64,000 nt of DNA from Candidatus Marinacidobacterales bacterium (GCA_965237955.1 OZ250169.1:6334766-6398765), one strand, 5' to 3'; positions 8,568-19,700 are shown, counted from the stretch's first letter. The notes: generated by a model not told the origin, from the sequence alone. Translations and numbers: made by a program.

Positions 8568-10207
8568 TGAAATCTTTCGTTCCTGCTGAGTACCAACCTG
8601 CCCTTCCCGTCGACGAGCTCATGCACGAGGACAAGCCCGACGCCGAAGCCGTTCCCATGGACGTCGTGTTCGTCGGCGGCGGACCGGCTGGTCTCGCGGG
8701 CGCGATCGAGCTCGCCAAGCTCGCGAAAAACGACCCCGAGCTCGGTGAGATCGAGATCGGCGTGCTCGAAAAATCGGAAGAGCTCGGCCAGCATTGTTTG
8801 TCCGGCGCTGTGGTCAACCCGGTCGCGTTTCGCGAGCTCTTTCCCGATCTTTCCGATACCGACTTCCCGTTTCGCACCAGAGTCGACAAAGAGCGGGTCT
8901 ACTTCGTGACCGAGTCCGGCTCGATACGCATTCCGACACCGCCGACGATGCAAAACCACGGTAACTACGTCGCATCGATTTCGGAAGTGGTCCGATGGCT
9001 CGGAGGCAAAGCCGAAGCGGCAGGGGTAAACCTCTTCACCGGTTTTCCCGCTGACTCCCTTCTCGTCGAGGGAAACCGCGTCGTCGGTGTGCGTACGACA
9101 CCGGGCGGACTGACGAAAGACGGCAAGCCCGGCGGGAGCTACATGCCCCCGACCGACGTGACCGCTCGCGTCACGGTGCTTGCGGAAGGCACCCGCGGTC
9201 CGCTGACGCAGGCGTATCTGCAAAAGCTCGCAATCGCATCGCCGAACCCTCAAACCTTCGCTCTCGGCGTGAAGGAGCTCTGGGAGATCAAGCGCCCGCT
9301 CGACACCGTCATCCACACCCTGGGCTGGCCGCTACCACGGGATGCGTTCGGGGGGAGTTTTTTCTACCCGCTTGCCGATAACCTCGCCGCCATCGGCCTC
9401 GTGGTGGGACTCGACTATCAAGATTCATCGCTGGACGTGCACGCGCTCTTACAGGATGTGAAGGGCCATCCGCTGTTCCGCCCCTATATCGAAGGCGGCG
9501 AGATGCTCGAGTGGGGAGCGAAGACGATTCCCGAGGGCGGCTACTATTCCCTTCCCGAGCGGCTCCATGGCGATGGGCTGCTCATGGTCGGCGACGCCGT
9601 CGGTTTCGTGGACGTGCCTTCGCTCAAAGGCATCCACTATGCGATGCAATCCGGCATGCTCGCCGCACGATCGATTTACGACGCGCTCAAGAAAAACGAT
9701 ACGTCGGCCGCGGCGCTATCCTCGTACGACACCGCGATCCACGACAGTTTCATCCGACGCGACATGTACAAAACGCGCAACATGCGCCTCGGATTCAAAT
9801 CAGGCTTTTACGTCGGCGGCTTCAAGGCAGGCATGATGACGGTGACCGGCGGCGCCGCTTTCGGCGGCAAGATAGACGTCGAAGAAGATGCCGCCGAGGC
9901 GAAGACCGTTACGCCGTCACGAAAGCTCGAGGCAGACGGCGAGCTCACGTTCAGCAAACTGGACGGTGTGTTCCGATCGGGTAACAACACCCGAGACGAC
10001 ATGCCATCTCATCTGAGTGCGCAAGAGGTTCCCGCCGACGTCGCGCAATTCTACGTGGACATGTGTCCGGCCGCGGTGTACGAACGGCAAGGCGACGATC
10101 TCGTCGTCAATTTTTCCAACTGTGTCGACTGCAAAACTACAGACGTGCTCGGCCCGAGGTGGCGCCCACGTGAGGGCGGTGCGGGAACGAAGTATAGGAG
10201 GATGTAA
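8567..10207 (+). CDS. Electron-transfer flavoprotein:ubiquinone oxidoreductase (ETF-QO/FixC-like)
   Basis: VVFVGGGPAGLAGA FAD fold. C-terminal MCPAAVYE...NCVDCKTTD 4Fe-4S-like segment. Start ATG overlaps the upstream TAA (TAATG). The 618-aa ORF was trimmed to MKSFVPAEY. Confidence 0.9.
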   Translation: MKSFVPAEYQPALPVDELMHEDKPDAEAVPMDVVFVGGGPAGLAGAIELAKLAKNDPELGEIEIGVLEKSEELGQHCLSGAVVNPVAFRELFPDLSDTDFPFRTRVDKERVYFVTESGSIRIPTPPTMQNHGNYVASISEVVRWLGGKAEAAGVNLFTGFPADSLLVEGNRVVGVRTTPGGLTKDGKPGGSYMPPTDVTARVTVLAEGTRGPLTQAYLQKLAIASPNPQTFALGVKELWEIKRPLDTVIHTLGWPLPRDAFGGSFFYPLADNLAAIGLVVGLDYQDSSLDVHALLQDVKGHPLFRPYIEGGEMLEWGAKTIPEGGYYSLPERLHGDGLLMVGDAVGFVDVPSLKGIHYAMQSGMLAARSIYDALKKNDTSAAALSSYDTAIHDSFIRRDMYKTRNMRLGFKSGFYVGGFKAGMMTVTGGAAFGGKIDVEEDAAEAKTVTPSRKLEADGELTFSKLDGVFRSGNNTRDDMPSHLSAQEVPADVAQFYVDMCPAAVYERQGDDLVVNFSNCVDCKTTDVLGPRWRPREGGAGTKYRRM

Positions 10208-10210
10208 TTT

Positions 10211-12300
10211 ATGTTTGCCATCGGCCATAGGCCATCGGCCATCAGCTCGGTGCTTCTCGGCGCCATCGTGTTGTGTGGCAACGCTTTTGCGCAGGAAGAC
10301 GAAATGGGGTGGCCGCGGGAGATCGAGGACCCGCGGGCACGTATCGTCATGTATCAGCCGCAAGTCGATTCGTTCGTGGGAAACGAGCTCACCGCACGCA
10401 CGGCGATCTCGGTGACGCTCACGGGCAAAACCCAGCCGGTCTTCGGCGCGGCGTGGCTCGAATCGCGCGTCGATACCGATCGAGATGATCGTACGGTCAC
10501 CATCCTCGAGACCCGCGTGCCCCAGGTGCGATTTCCGGATGCGAGCGACGAGCAAGAGAAGGAGCTGTCCAATATTCTCGTCGAAGAGCTCAGCGGACGG
10601 GCGCTCACGATCTCGCTCGACCGCCTCCTCACGTCGCTCGATCTCGCCGAGCATGAGCGCCTGGAAGCCGAAGGCTTTGACAACGACCCTCCGAAAATCG
10701 AGTTCGTCAACTACCCCGCGATCCTGGTGACCATCGACGGCCAGCCACAGCTTCGCGACATCGAAGGACAAAGTGGTCTCAAGCATGTGGTGAACTCCGC
10801 GTTCATGATCATTGTCTCGGGACCGAACAACTATCTCTACGCCGGAAGCGGGCAGTGGTACGCGTCCTCGCAAATCATGGGGCCATGGAAGTTCACCCAA
10901 AGCGTGCCTACCCAGGTGAAATCGCTCGCGCCCGTCGAAGAAGAAAAAAGAGGCCCGCGCTCAGGCGGAAGCCGCCATGGAAGAAGCCGGCGAAGAGCTC
11001 GACCCGGGCTCGCCGTCGCCACCAGCCATCCTCATCGCCACCGAGCCGACGGAGCTCATCGTCACCAACGGAGAACCCGCCTACAAACCGGTCGGGAGTG
11101 ACCTTCTCTACATCGAAAACAGCGAGAGCGACGTTCTGATGGAGATAGCGACCCAACGACACTTCGTCCTACTCTCGGGGCGTTGGTTCGCCAGTGAAGG
11201 ACTTCAAGGCCTTCAAGGATCGTGGAGCTTCGTCGCCGCGAACGAGCTACCGGCAGCGTTCGCCGACATTCCCGAGGACTCCGACATCTCTCACGTACGC
11301 GTGTGGGTGTCGGGCACCGAAGAAGCGAGAGAAGCGGTCTTAGACGCCAGTATTCCGCAAACCGCGGCCGTTTCCCGAAGCGCCACCTTCCAAGTGACCT
11401 ACGATGGAAACCCGCGTTTCGAGAACATCGAAGGGACGAGCCTTCAACACGCCACCAACACCGCGGAACAGGTCATCAAAGACGGCAACAGTTACTACTG
11501 TGCGAAAGACGGCGTTTGGTACGTCGCCGATCAGGCCTATGGACCATGGGCGGTTGCGACCGCAATTCCCGAAGCCGTTCGTACCATCCCACCATCGAGT
11601 CCCGTCTACAACACCAAATACATTTACATCTATGACACGACTCCCGACGTCGTCTACGTCGGGTATCTCCCCGGCTACACGCACAGCTACGTCTATAACG
11701 GTGTGATCGTCTACGGCACCGGGTGGTACTACAGCCCGTGGTGGGGAACGATGTACTACCCGCGCGCCACCACCTACGGCTTCCACGTCCGCTGGAATCC
11801 CTGGTGGGGGTGGAGCTTCGGAGCCAGCTGGAGCAGCGGACGATTCACGTTCGGGATCGGCTTCGGTGGATGGGGTGGATGGCATCGCGCCGGCTGGTGG
11901 GGGTCCAGTGGGTTACCGGCCTTATCATCGGGGTTACGCTCGAGGATGGCATCACGGCTACCGCTCAGGCGCCCGCGCCGGGTATGCGGCGGGACGGCTC
12001 GACAGCCGCTACCGCTCGCAGAATCTCTACCGCCGCAACAACGTCCCGCGGGCAACACCGGCGACGCGAGCGGGCAACCGCGCCACGCCGATGCCTAGCC
12101 GGGCGAACAACATGTACGCCGATCGATCGGGGAACGTCCATCAGCGCGCGCAAAACGGTCAGTGGCAGCAGCGATCGGGCACGGCAAGGAGCAGCGGGAC
12201 AATCCCGTCGAACATGAATCGTCAATACCAGTCTCGCCAGAACGGCGCCGCCAGAACGCAGAGCTACAGGCGCAGCGGTGGCGGCGGCCGGCGGCGTTAG
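10211..12300 (+). pseudogene. Long secreted repeat protein (GxW[YF]...GPW repeats, Gly/Trp/Tyr-rich and Arg/Gly-rich tail) split by two homopolymer frameshifts
   Basis: Three overlapping ORFs (10211-11101, 10977-12098, 11866-12300) join into one sensible protein if the frame shifts in the A6 run at 10944-10949 and the G5 run at 11899-11903. Signal peptide at the N-terminus. Confidence 0.65.
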
Positions 12301-13145
12301 CCCGTTCCGCAGAGAAAGAATTGACGAGGTCGAAGTGACGGCGGTGCGTGTGGAGCGTCTGCTTCACCTTTTCGCGGCTACCAGCGAAGGATCAACCTGT
12401 TCTACGTCAAACGAGAACCGGGTGACCTCGATTGGTCCGCTCCCCTTGCGAGTGAACAGCGAGGACGGAATCGCGAGGCGCTACGGTGTCATCACCCGCT
12501 TGTAAAACGTTGCCTTTGACTCTTGGCTGTCAAGTGACGGATACGGCCTGTTGGAAAAGCATCAGAAGTTGTTTCGTATGCAACAATCCTTTCCTGATTC
12601 GTTTCCGCAATTTTGCCGTAATGCATTGCAAATAATGTAGTTCCAGGCTGCGCACAAGTTGGCGCGCTGATTGCACCGCGGCGTTTGCGGCTTTACAACG
12701 GAGAAATGAGGGGCATCCGTTCCAATGCGACCGACCTGCACACTGCTCGTGCGGCCCGTCACTCGGGCCTGGTCACATAGCCAACCGTTCGGGCCTGCCT
12801 GCGGCGACGAGTTTTTTGCTCGCGGCCCGCAGCCCGTCCCTTCCTGGGCTCCCCGCGCTGGCGGATCGGAGACGCGCCGACACGAAGGACCTACACCTTG
12901 GAAACCGGCATCCCGTCGGCGCGTTTCCGGCCCTTGGGGCCGCGTCCCTTTTGGCCCATCACCGCCCGAGCCAAGCCGCGACCGTCGGTCGATGAGAAAG
13001 GTGCGGGTGAAAACGCCTACCGGAGGCAACCCTGGATGTCGGAACGTGTCACCGAGCGGCTCTCAGGGGACGTGATGGGCTCCTTTCTGTTTCCTGCTGC
13101 AAGGGAACCCAACAGATACACCACGCGCAAGGAGGGGAACCGAGC

Positions 13146-14483
13146 ATGAGCACCAGACTGGGGACATTGAAAGGTGGAGTCTTGGTACTACTCTCGACGC
13201 TGTGCGTCGCGCCACGCGTTCTGACTGGGGAGGCCCAGGAGAAGCTTGGCGGGGAGCCCGTTCTTCGTTTAGCGGATCTGGAGCGCATGGCACTCGACAA
13301 CAATCCGACGATCGCCCAGGCAGCCGCTGGGATTCGTGCGGCCGAGGGGCGAACGCTTCAGGCAGGTCTCTACCCCAATCCCATCATGGGCTACATCGGT
13401 GCGGAGATCAGCGGGCGTGCCCCTACCAAGACGAGTGAGCATCTGTTTTTCATGGAGCAGGCGATCGTCACCGCGGGGAAACTGAAGCATAACCGGAGCA
13501 TTTTTGCGCAAGCACGGAGCGAGGCCGAGGCCGAAGCCGAAGCGCAGAGACTGCGCGTGCTGAACGCGGTCCGCCTTTTCTATTATGCAGCGCTCGGGGC
13601 GCAGGAGATGGTGACTCTCCGCGAGAACCTCGCTGAAATCGCGCGGACAGCGGCAGCCACCTCCGAGCAGCTCTTCAACGTCGGTGCGGCCGACCGGCCG
13701 GATCTTCTGGAAAGTCAGATCGAGCTACACCAGTCGGAGATCGATCTCATGGAAGCGGAGAACGACCGCGATCGCGTTTGGCAGATGCTGGCAGCTGTGG
13801 TGGGCAACCCCTGGCTCGAGCCGGCTTCCCTCGAGGGGAACTTGGAAGCGGAAATACCGAGGTTCGACCGCGAATCCACGCTGGCCACCTTGCTCGCCGA
13901 CAGCCCTGAGCTCAGGAAGGCCCAGGTGGGCGTCGAGCGGGCCCGGGCCACGCTCAGGCTGGAGAAGGCGGAGCCCGTTCCCGATGTGCTTTTGCGCGGC
14001 GGCGTCGGCTACAACTTCGAGGAGCTTGATGCCCTCGGTGGTCGAGTGGGATTGGAAGCTTTCATCGAAGTGGGATTCCAGGTGCCGCTCTTCAATCGCA
14101 ACCAGGGGAACATCGCCGCGGCGCAGGCGGAGATCGACCAGGCAGAACGAGATGTGACACGGCTGGATCTGGCCTTGCACGCGCGACTCGCCATGGCCTT
14201 TGATCGGTACCTGGACAGCCTGGGGCTCACAGAGCGGTATCAGACAGAGGTGCTACCGCGAGCCCAGGAAGCCTACGACTTGTATCTGGCGAGGTTCCAG
14301 CAGATGGCGGCCGCCTACCCTCAAGTGCTGATCTCTCAGCGCACGCTGTTTCAGGTGCGCGTCCAATACATAGAAGCCCTGGTGGAGCTATGGCAGAACG
14401 CGGTTCTCATTCGAGGGATGCTCTTGGCCGGCGGCCTGGAACCTCCGGAGCCGAGCCAGCCAGGCCCGGGTAGGGCGCGGTGA
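13146..14483 (+). CDS. TolC/CzcC-family outer membrane efflux factor
   Basis: 445 aa with a signal peptide. LERMALDNNPTIAQAAAGIRAAEG and a second coiled-coil repeat are typical of OMF proteins. Confidence 0.85.
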   Translation: MSTRLGTLKGGVLVLLSTLCVAPRVLTGEAQEKLGGEPVLRLADLERMALDNNPTIAQAAAGIRAAEGRTLQAGLYPNPIMGYIGAEISGRAPTKTSEHLFFMEQAIVTAGKLKHNRSIFAQARSEAEAEAEAQRLRVLNAVRLFYYAALGAQEMVTLRENLAEIARTAAATSEQLFNVGAADRPDLLESQIELHQSEIDLMEAENDRDRVWQMLAAVVGNPWLEPASLEGNLEAEIPRFDRESTLATLLADSPELRKAQVGVERARATLRLEKAEPVPDVLLRGGVGYNFEELDALGGRVGLEAFIEVGFQVPLFNRNQGNIAAAQAEIDQAERDVTRLDLALHARLAMAFDRYLDSLGLTERYQTEVLPRAQEAYDLYLARFQQMAAAYPQVLISQRTLFQVRVQYIEALVELWQNAVLIRGMLLAGGLEPPEPSQPGPGRAR

Positions 14484-14536
14484 GAGGCCTGCGTGATGCG
14501 AAGAAATCCTGTCAACAGACAAAGGAACAGAGGGGT

Positions 14537-15967
14537 ATGGAGATGAACAACAACCGAAGAAATTTTCTGCGCGGTTTGGCCTTCGCCGGCAGCGGTTTCG
14601 TTGCTGGCCGCAAGGCCGCGGCCCAACACCAGCACCACGAGCCCGCCGAAACACAGCAGGCTGACTTGGCGCCGGCGGCGGCGCGCGATGAGCCTTTCCT
14701 CCCGGTCCATACTCCCGACATCCCGAAGCTTCCCTACGAGCTCGACAACGGCGTGAAGGTCTTTCACCTGATCGCCGAGCCAGTGAAGCGGGAGTTTGTG
14801 CCTGCTTCCGCCTGGAGCCCAGCCCGGGTTGTCGATGCCTGGGGCTACAACGGAAGCGTTCCGGGACCAACCATCGAGGTCACCGAGGGGGACCGGGTGC
14901 GAATCATCGCGGACAATCACTTGCCCGAGCCGACCAGCGTTCACTGGCACGGCTTCGAGATTCCCATCGAGATGGACGGAGTTCCGGGCCTCACCCAGGA
15001 CCCGATTCCCCCGGGTGGCCGTTTCGTCTATGAGTTCACCTTGCACCAGAAGGGAACCTTCTTCTACCACTCGCATATGCCCATGCAGGAAATGCTGGGG
15101 ATGATCGGTATGTTCATCATGCATCCGAAGACACCGGAACGCCCGCGGGTGGACAAGGACTTTGGGCTCATCCTTCAGGAGTGGGCCATCCTACCCAACA
15201 ACACGATTCCCAACACCTTGTCGATGGAGTTCAACTGGCTGACGTTGAACGGAAAGGCGGGCCCTGCCACGACGCCCTTGATTGTGAAGCAGGGAAAACG
15301 GGTACGGATTCGACTCGTGAATCTGGGAATGGATCATCACCCGATGCACCTCCACGGGGTCCAGTTCGATATCACGGGCACGGAGGGAGGAAGGGTTCCG
15401 CGATCGGCCTGGTATCCGACGAACACAGTGCTGGTGGGGGTTGCCCAGGCCAAAGACATCGAGTTTGAGGCGATTTATCCGGGCGACTGGATCTTCCATT
15501 GCCACCTTCCGCACCACATGATGAATCAAATGGTCTCGATGGTGGGGCCCATGGCGCATGTGGGCTCGGGGATGCACTCCGGCATGGGTATGGAGGACGG
15601 CATGGGGATCATTCGGCAGGGCCAGGCCCTGTCAGAAGATCTCGGGCCAAGCATGGGACGCGCCATCGGATTGCCCAACCGGGAGAGGAAGACCTCCCAC
15701 CTGGTAGGCCAGGAGAGTACAGGGCAACATCAGCGCCATAGCGGCGCCGGCGCCCAAGACCCTTGGAGTGTACCGGGGTTCCCCCAGGACATGTGGATGG
15801 TCATGGACGAGACGGTGGCGAAACCGGAGACCTTCGGAATGCGTCCGGGCTGGAGTGGTGGGGTCATGGGAATGATGACCGTAGTTCGAGTCCTCCCAGA
15901 GGAGATGTACGACAAGGTGATGGCGCTCGTCGGGGAGAAAAAGCAAGCGTCAGCGGCTGCAGATTGA
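14537..15967 (+). CDS. Multicopper oxidase (CopA/PcoA/CueO-like) with Tat signal and Met/His-rich segment
   Basis: NNNRRNFLRGLAF twin-arginine signal. Cu ligand motifs SVHWHG, HPMHLHG and HCHLPHHMMNQM. Met-rich GPMAHVGSGMHSGMGMEDGMG. Start set at the Met after an SD-like GGAACAGAGGGG. Confidence 0.9.
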   Translation: MEMNNNRRNFLRGLAFAGSGFVAGRKAAAQHQHHEPAETQQADLAPAAARDEPFLPVHTPDIPKLPYELDNGVKVFHLIAEPVKREFVPASAWSPARVVDAWGYNGSVPGPTIEVTEGDRVRIIADNHLPEPTSVHWHGFEIPIEMDGVPGLTQDPIPPGGRFVYEFTLHQKGTFFYHSHMPMQEMLGMIGMFIMHPKTPERPRVDKDFGLILQEWAILPNNTIPNTLSMEFNWLTLNGKAGPATTPLIVKQGKRVRIRLVNLGMDHHPMHLHGVQFDITGTEGGRVPRSAWYPTNTVLVGVAQAKDIEFEAIYPGDWIFHCHLPHHMMNQMVSMVGPMAHVGSGMHSGMGMEDGMGIIRQGQALSEDLGPSMGRAIGLPNRERKTSHLVGQESTGQHQRHSGAGAQDPWSVPGFPQDMWMVMDETVAKPETFGMRPGWSGGVMGMMTVVRVLPEEMYDKVMALVGEKKQASAAAD

Positions 15968-16295
15968 CGGTGATGGGCGGCTGGTTCAATGGCGCCGGCT
16001 TAGGTTCGCTGTTTTGCGGTCGAGATAATCAGGCTCGTCTCTTCCGGCTTGATCGCTTGCTTCGGACGCGCTCAGCAAAGGAAGAGGGAAGGCTGCCTGG
16101 GAGATGAAAGAGGAAAATCAACCAAAGCGAGCTCCCGCCGCCACGGGGCTCGCCGAGGCCGGCGGGATTTAGGATGATGCATGATCCGGCACGCGGCCAC
16201 CCGCTTGACCACACAGAATTTCGATGCGCCAGCTCCGGATCCACCTACCGGGTGGGCTCGGGCGGCGCCTTCAATCACACGAAAGGAGCAACAGT

Positions 16296-16721
16296 ATGAA
16301 GAGAACAGCCGTACTTCTGTCTTGCGTTGGTCTCGTGGTGGCCTTTGTTTCCTGTCGGTCGTCGCAGGGTGCTACCCGGGAGGAAACACAACACACCGAA
16401 CACACCGAACAACACGCCGATTCGCCAGCTGGGGAGCAATTGGAGCAAATCAGGGCGTCGCTCTTGGAAGTGACGGCCGAGTTGAATGAGCAGGGGAAAT
16501 ACAATTGCTGTATCGAGCCGCGCTGCAGCTGGTGTGCGCTCCACGAAGGTGAGTGTGAGTGCTTCAGCAATCTTCAACAAGGCGAAGAGGTGTGCCCGGG
16601 ATGCGGATTGGGCTGGCACAACGGGAACGGCATCGTCGAGGGTGTCAGCGCCAGCGAAGTGAAGTGGAACATTGCTCACAGTCATGGCGAACATGGCTCG
16701 GAGGAGCAACCCGAGCATTAA
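16296..16721 (+). CDS. Cys-rich, His-flanked putative metal-binding lipoprotein
   Basis: AAAGGAG SD. MKRTAVLLSCVGLVVAFVSC signal/lipobox-like. Then YNCCIEPRCSWCALHEGECECF...CPGCGLGWHNG (9 Cys) with His/Glu-rich ends. Stop overlaps the cusA stop (TTAA). Confidence 0.6.
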   Translation: MKRTAVLLSCVGLVVAFVSCRSSQGATREETQHTEHTEQHADSPAGEQLEQIRASLLEVTAELNEQGKYNCCIEPRCSWCALHEGECECFSNLQQGEEVCPGCGLGWHNGNGIVEGVSASEVKWNIAHSHGEHGSEEQPEH

Positions 16722-19700
16722 TCCAATGGCCGGGTACTCCTGGGCAGCTCTCGTTTCTTCCAGATGGCGAAGATGGCCGGATAGATAGTCAATCCGAATG
16801 CGAAGGACGTCACCAATCCTCCGACCATTGGCGCGGCAATCCGCTTCATCACGTCGGCTCCAGTGCCGGTGCTCCACATGACCGGCAAGAGCCCGATCAT
16901 GGTGGTCAGCACCGCCATCACCTTCGGACGAATCCGGCGAGCGGCTCCCTCCACGATCGTTTCGCGAAGGTCCTCGAAGGACCGTAGGCGACCTTCGCGT
17001 TGACTTCGAACGTAAGCGAGCTTGAGATAGAGCAGCATGATCACACCCGTCTCGGCGTCGAGCCCGGCGAGGGCGATAAGTCCCACCCAGACGGCGATGC
17101 TCATGTTGTAGTCGAGAAGCCACAGGAGCCAGATGGCACCCACGAGAGAGAACGGAACCGCCAGCAAGACGATGCCGGTCTCAGTGATGGAGCCGGTGTT
17201 CATGTAGAGAAGCATGAAAACGATGAGGAGTGTGACGGGGACGCCGATCTTGAGTCGCTCCTTCGCCCGCTCCAAGTAAACGAACTGACCCGCCCACTCG
17301 AGCCGGACTCCTGGAGGAAGCTCCACGCGCTCGTTGACGAGGCGCCGCGCTTCGTCCACATAGTCGCCGAGGGGCCGGCCGACGATGTCGACGAAGACGA
17401 AGTTCACAAGCTGTCCGTCCTCGCTTCGGATCATCGGGGGGCCCGTCGCGAAGCCTATCTCGGCTACCTGAGGCAGAGGCACTTGGACACCGGTCGGCGT
17501 CGCGACGAGTACTCTTTTGAGGGCGTCGGGATGGTCGCGAAACTCGCGCGCGTAGCGCACCTGAATCGGATAGCGTTCCCGGCCTTCGACGGTTTCCGAG
17601 ACGTTCCTGCCGCCGATAGCGGTCATGACGACTTCGTTGACGTCCTGAACGCTCAGCCCATATCGAGACGCCGCCTGCCGGTTCACCTTTACGTCTAGGA
17701 AGAAGCCACCCGTCGCTCGCTCGGCGAAGGCACTCCGGGTTCCCGAAACCTCCCGTAGCGCTTGCTCGATCGCGATCGAAGCCTCCTCGAGCTCGCTCAA
17801 GTCGTCGCCGAAGACCTTAATGCCGAGCTGGCTTCGGATGCCGGTGGTAAGCATTTCGACGCGTGTCTGGATGGGCATCCACCAGATGTTGGGCATGCCG
17901 GGGTAGTCGAGCTCTCGGTCCATCTCGGCAATGAGGTCGTCCCACGTCAATCCGGGGCGCCACTGGTCTTTCGGTTTCAGCAATACGACGCTCTCAACCA
18001 TGCCCACGGGAGCGGGATCGGTTGCGGTGCGCGCACGGCCCATCTTTCCGAACACCCGCTCCACCTCGGGAAATTGCCGGAGCTTACGGTCCATCGATTG
18101 GAGGACTGTAGCAGCCTCGGTAATGGACATGCCCGGCGGCGCCGTAGGCATGTAGAGGATGGCGCCTTCATTGAGAGGCGGCATGAACTCACTTCCGAGG
18201 TCGAGGAACGCGGGGATGGTGGCGAGCATGATGAGCAGCGCAGCCACAACGGCGGTTTTCCGAAACCGCACGACCAGGCGGACGATGGGCGCATAGGCCA
18301 GAACGAGCCACCGGTTGAGCAGATTCTTTTCCTCACCACGGATCCTGCCGCGGATGAATGTGGCGGCGAGCGCCGGCGTGAGGGTCACTGCAAGAATCGC
18401 AGCGAATCCCATCGAATAGGTCTTGGTGAAGGCGAGGGGTTTGAAGAGGCGACCCTCTACACCCTCGAGCGTGAAGACCGGCATGAAGGCGACGGTGATG
18501 ACGAGCAACGAGAAGAAGACGCTCGGGCCGACCTCCTGCATAGCTTCGATGATCGCGGTCGTGCGGCCGCCCGGACTGCCATCATCCTTCCACTGTTCCA
18601 ACTTCTTGTGAATGTTCTCAATAATAATGATCGCGGCGTCGACCATGGCGCCAATGGCAACCGCGATCCCTCCCAGGGACATGATGTTGATCGTGAGGCC
18701 CTGGTAGTACATGGGAACGAACGCGAACAAAACCCCGAGCGGCAACGTGATGATGGGGATGAGGGCGCTGCGAACGTGCATCAGGAAGAGGAAGATGACG
18801 ACGCTCACGATGATCATCTCCTCGATGAGTGTGTGCTGGAGTGTTTCGATGGATGCCTCGATGAGCCCCGACCGATCGTAGGTCACGACGATCTCCACTC
18901 CGTCGGGGAGACTCCGTTCGATGTCCCCGAGGCGCTCTTTCACGGCGTGGATGACGTCGAGCGCGTTCTCGCCGTAGCGCATCACCACGATGCCTCCCAC
19001 GACTTCGCCTTCCCCATCGAGCTCGGCGAGTCCACGCCGCATGTCCGGACCGAGCTTCACCTCGGCCACGTCCTTGATGGTGATCGGGACCCCGGCGTCG
19101 TTCACCGCGAGGGGAGCCTGCTCCAGGTCTTCTATCGACGTGACGTAGCCCCGCCCGCGCACCATCTGCTCGTGGCCGGCGATCTCGATCACCCGGCCGC
19201 CAGCCTCATGATTCGACTCGCGGACGGCCTGGATCACCCGGCGCAGCGGAATGTCGTAGCCGAGTAGCTTGTTGGGATCGATGATGACCTGATACTGCTT
19301 GACGAATCCGCCCACTGAGGCCACCTCGGCGACTCCGGGGACGCTCTCGAGGGCGTACCGGAGGTTCCAGTCCTGGAGGCTCCGGAGCTGCTGAAGGTCG
19401 AAGTTTCCCGTCCGGTCGACGAGGGCGTACTCGAATACCCACCCCACTCCCGTCGCGTCGGGACCGAGCGTCGGGGTGACACCGGCGGGCAAGGCTCCCT
19501 GCACCTCGTTCAAGTACTCGAGCACCCTGGAGCGCGCCCAGTACATGTCGGTGCCGTCTTCGAAGATGACGTAGACGAACGACAGGCCAAAAAAGGATTG
19601 TCCGCGTACGAGCTTCACCTGAGGTGCCGCCAGAAGGCTCGACGAGATCGGGAACGTGATCTGATCTTCCATGATATCGGGACTCTGGCCAGGCCACTCC

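Noticed and set aside
10211-12300. Annotating 10211-11101, 10977-12098 and 11866-12300 as three separate overlapping genes.
   Set aside because: The overlaps are 125 and 233 nt. The out-of-frame tails are Arg-rich nonsense. The junctions restore continuous repeat-protein sequence exactly at two homopolymer runs.
12562-13029. 155-aa minus and 116-aa plus ORFs in the 12.3-13.1 kb gap.
   Set aside because: Arg/Pro/Gly-dominated low-complexity translations, no start context and no recognisable domain. Treated as non-coding.
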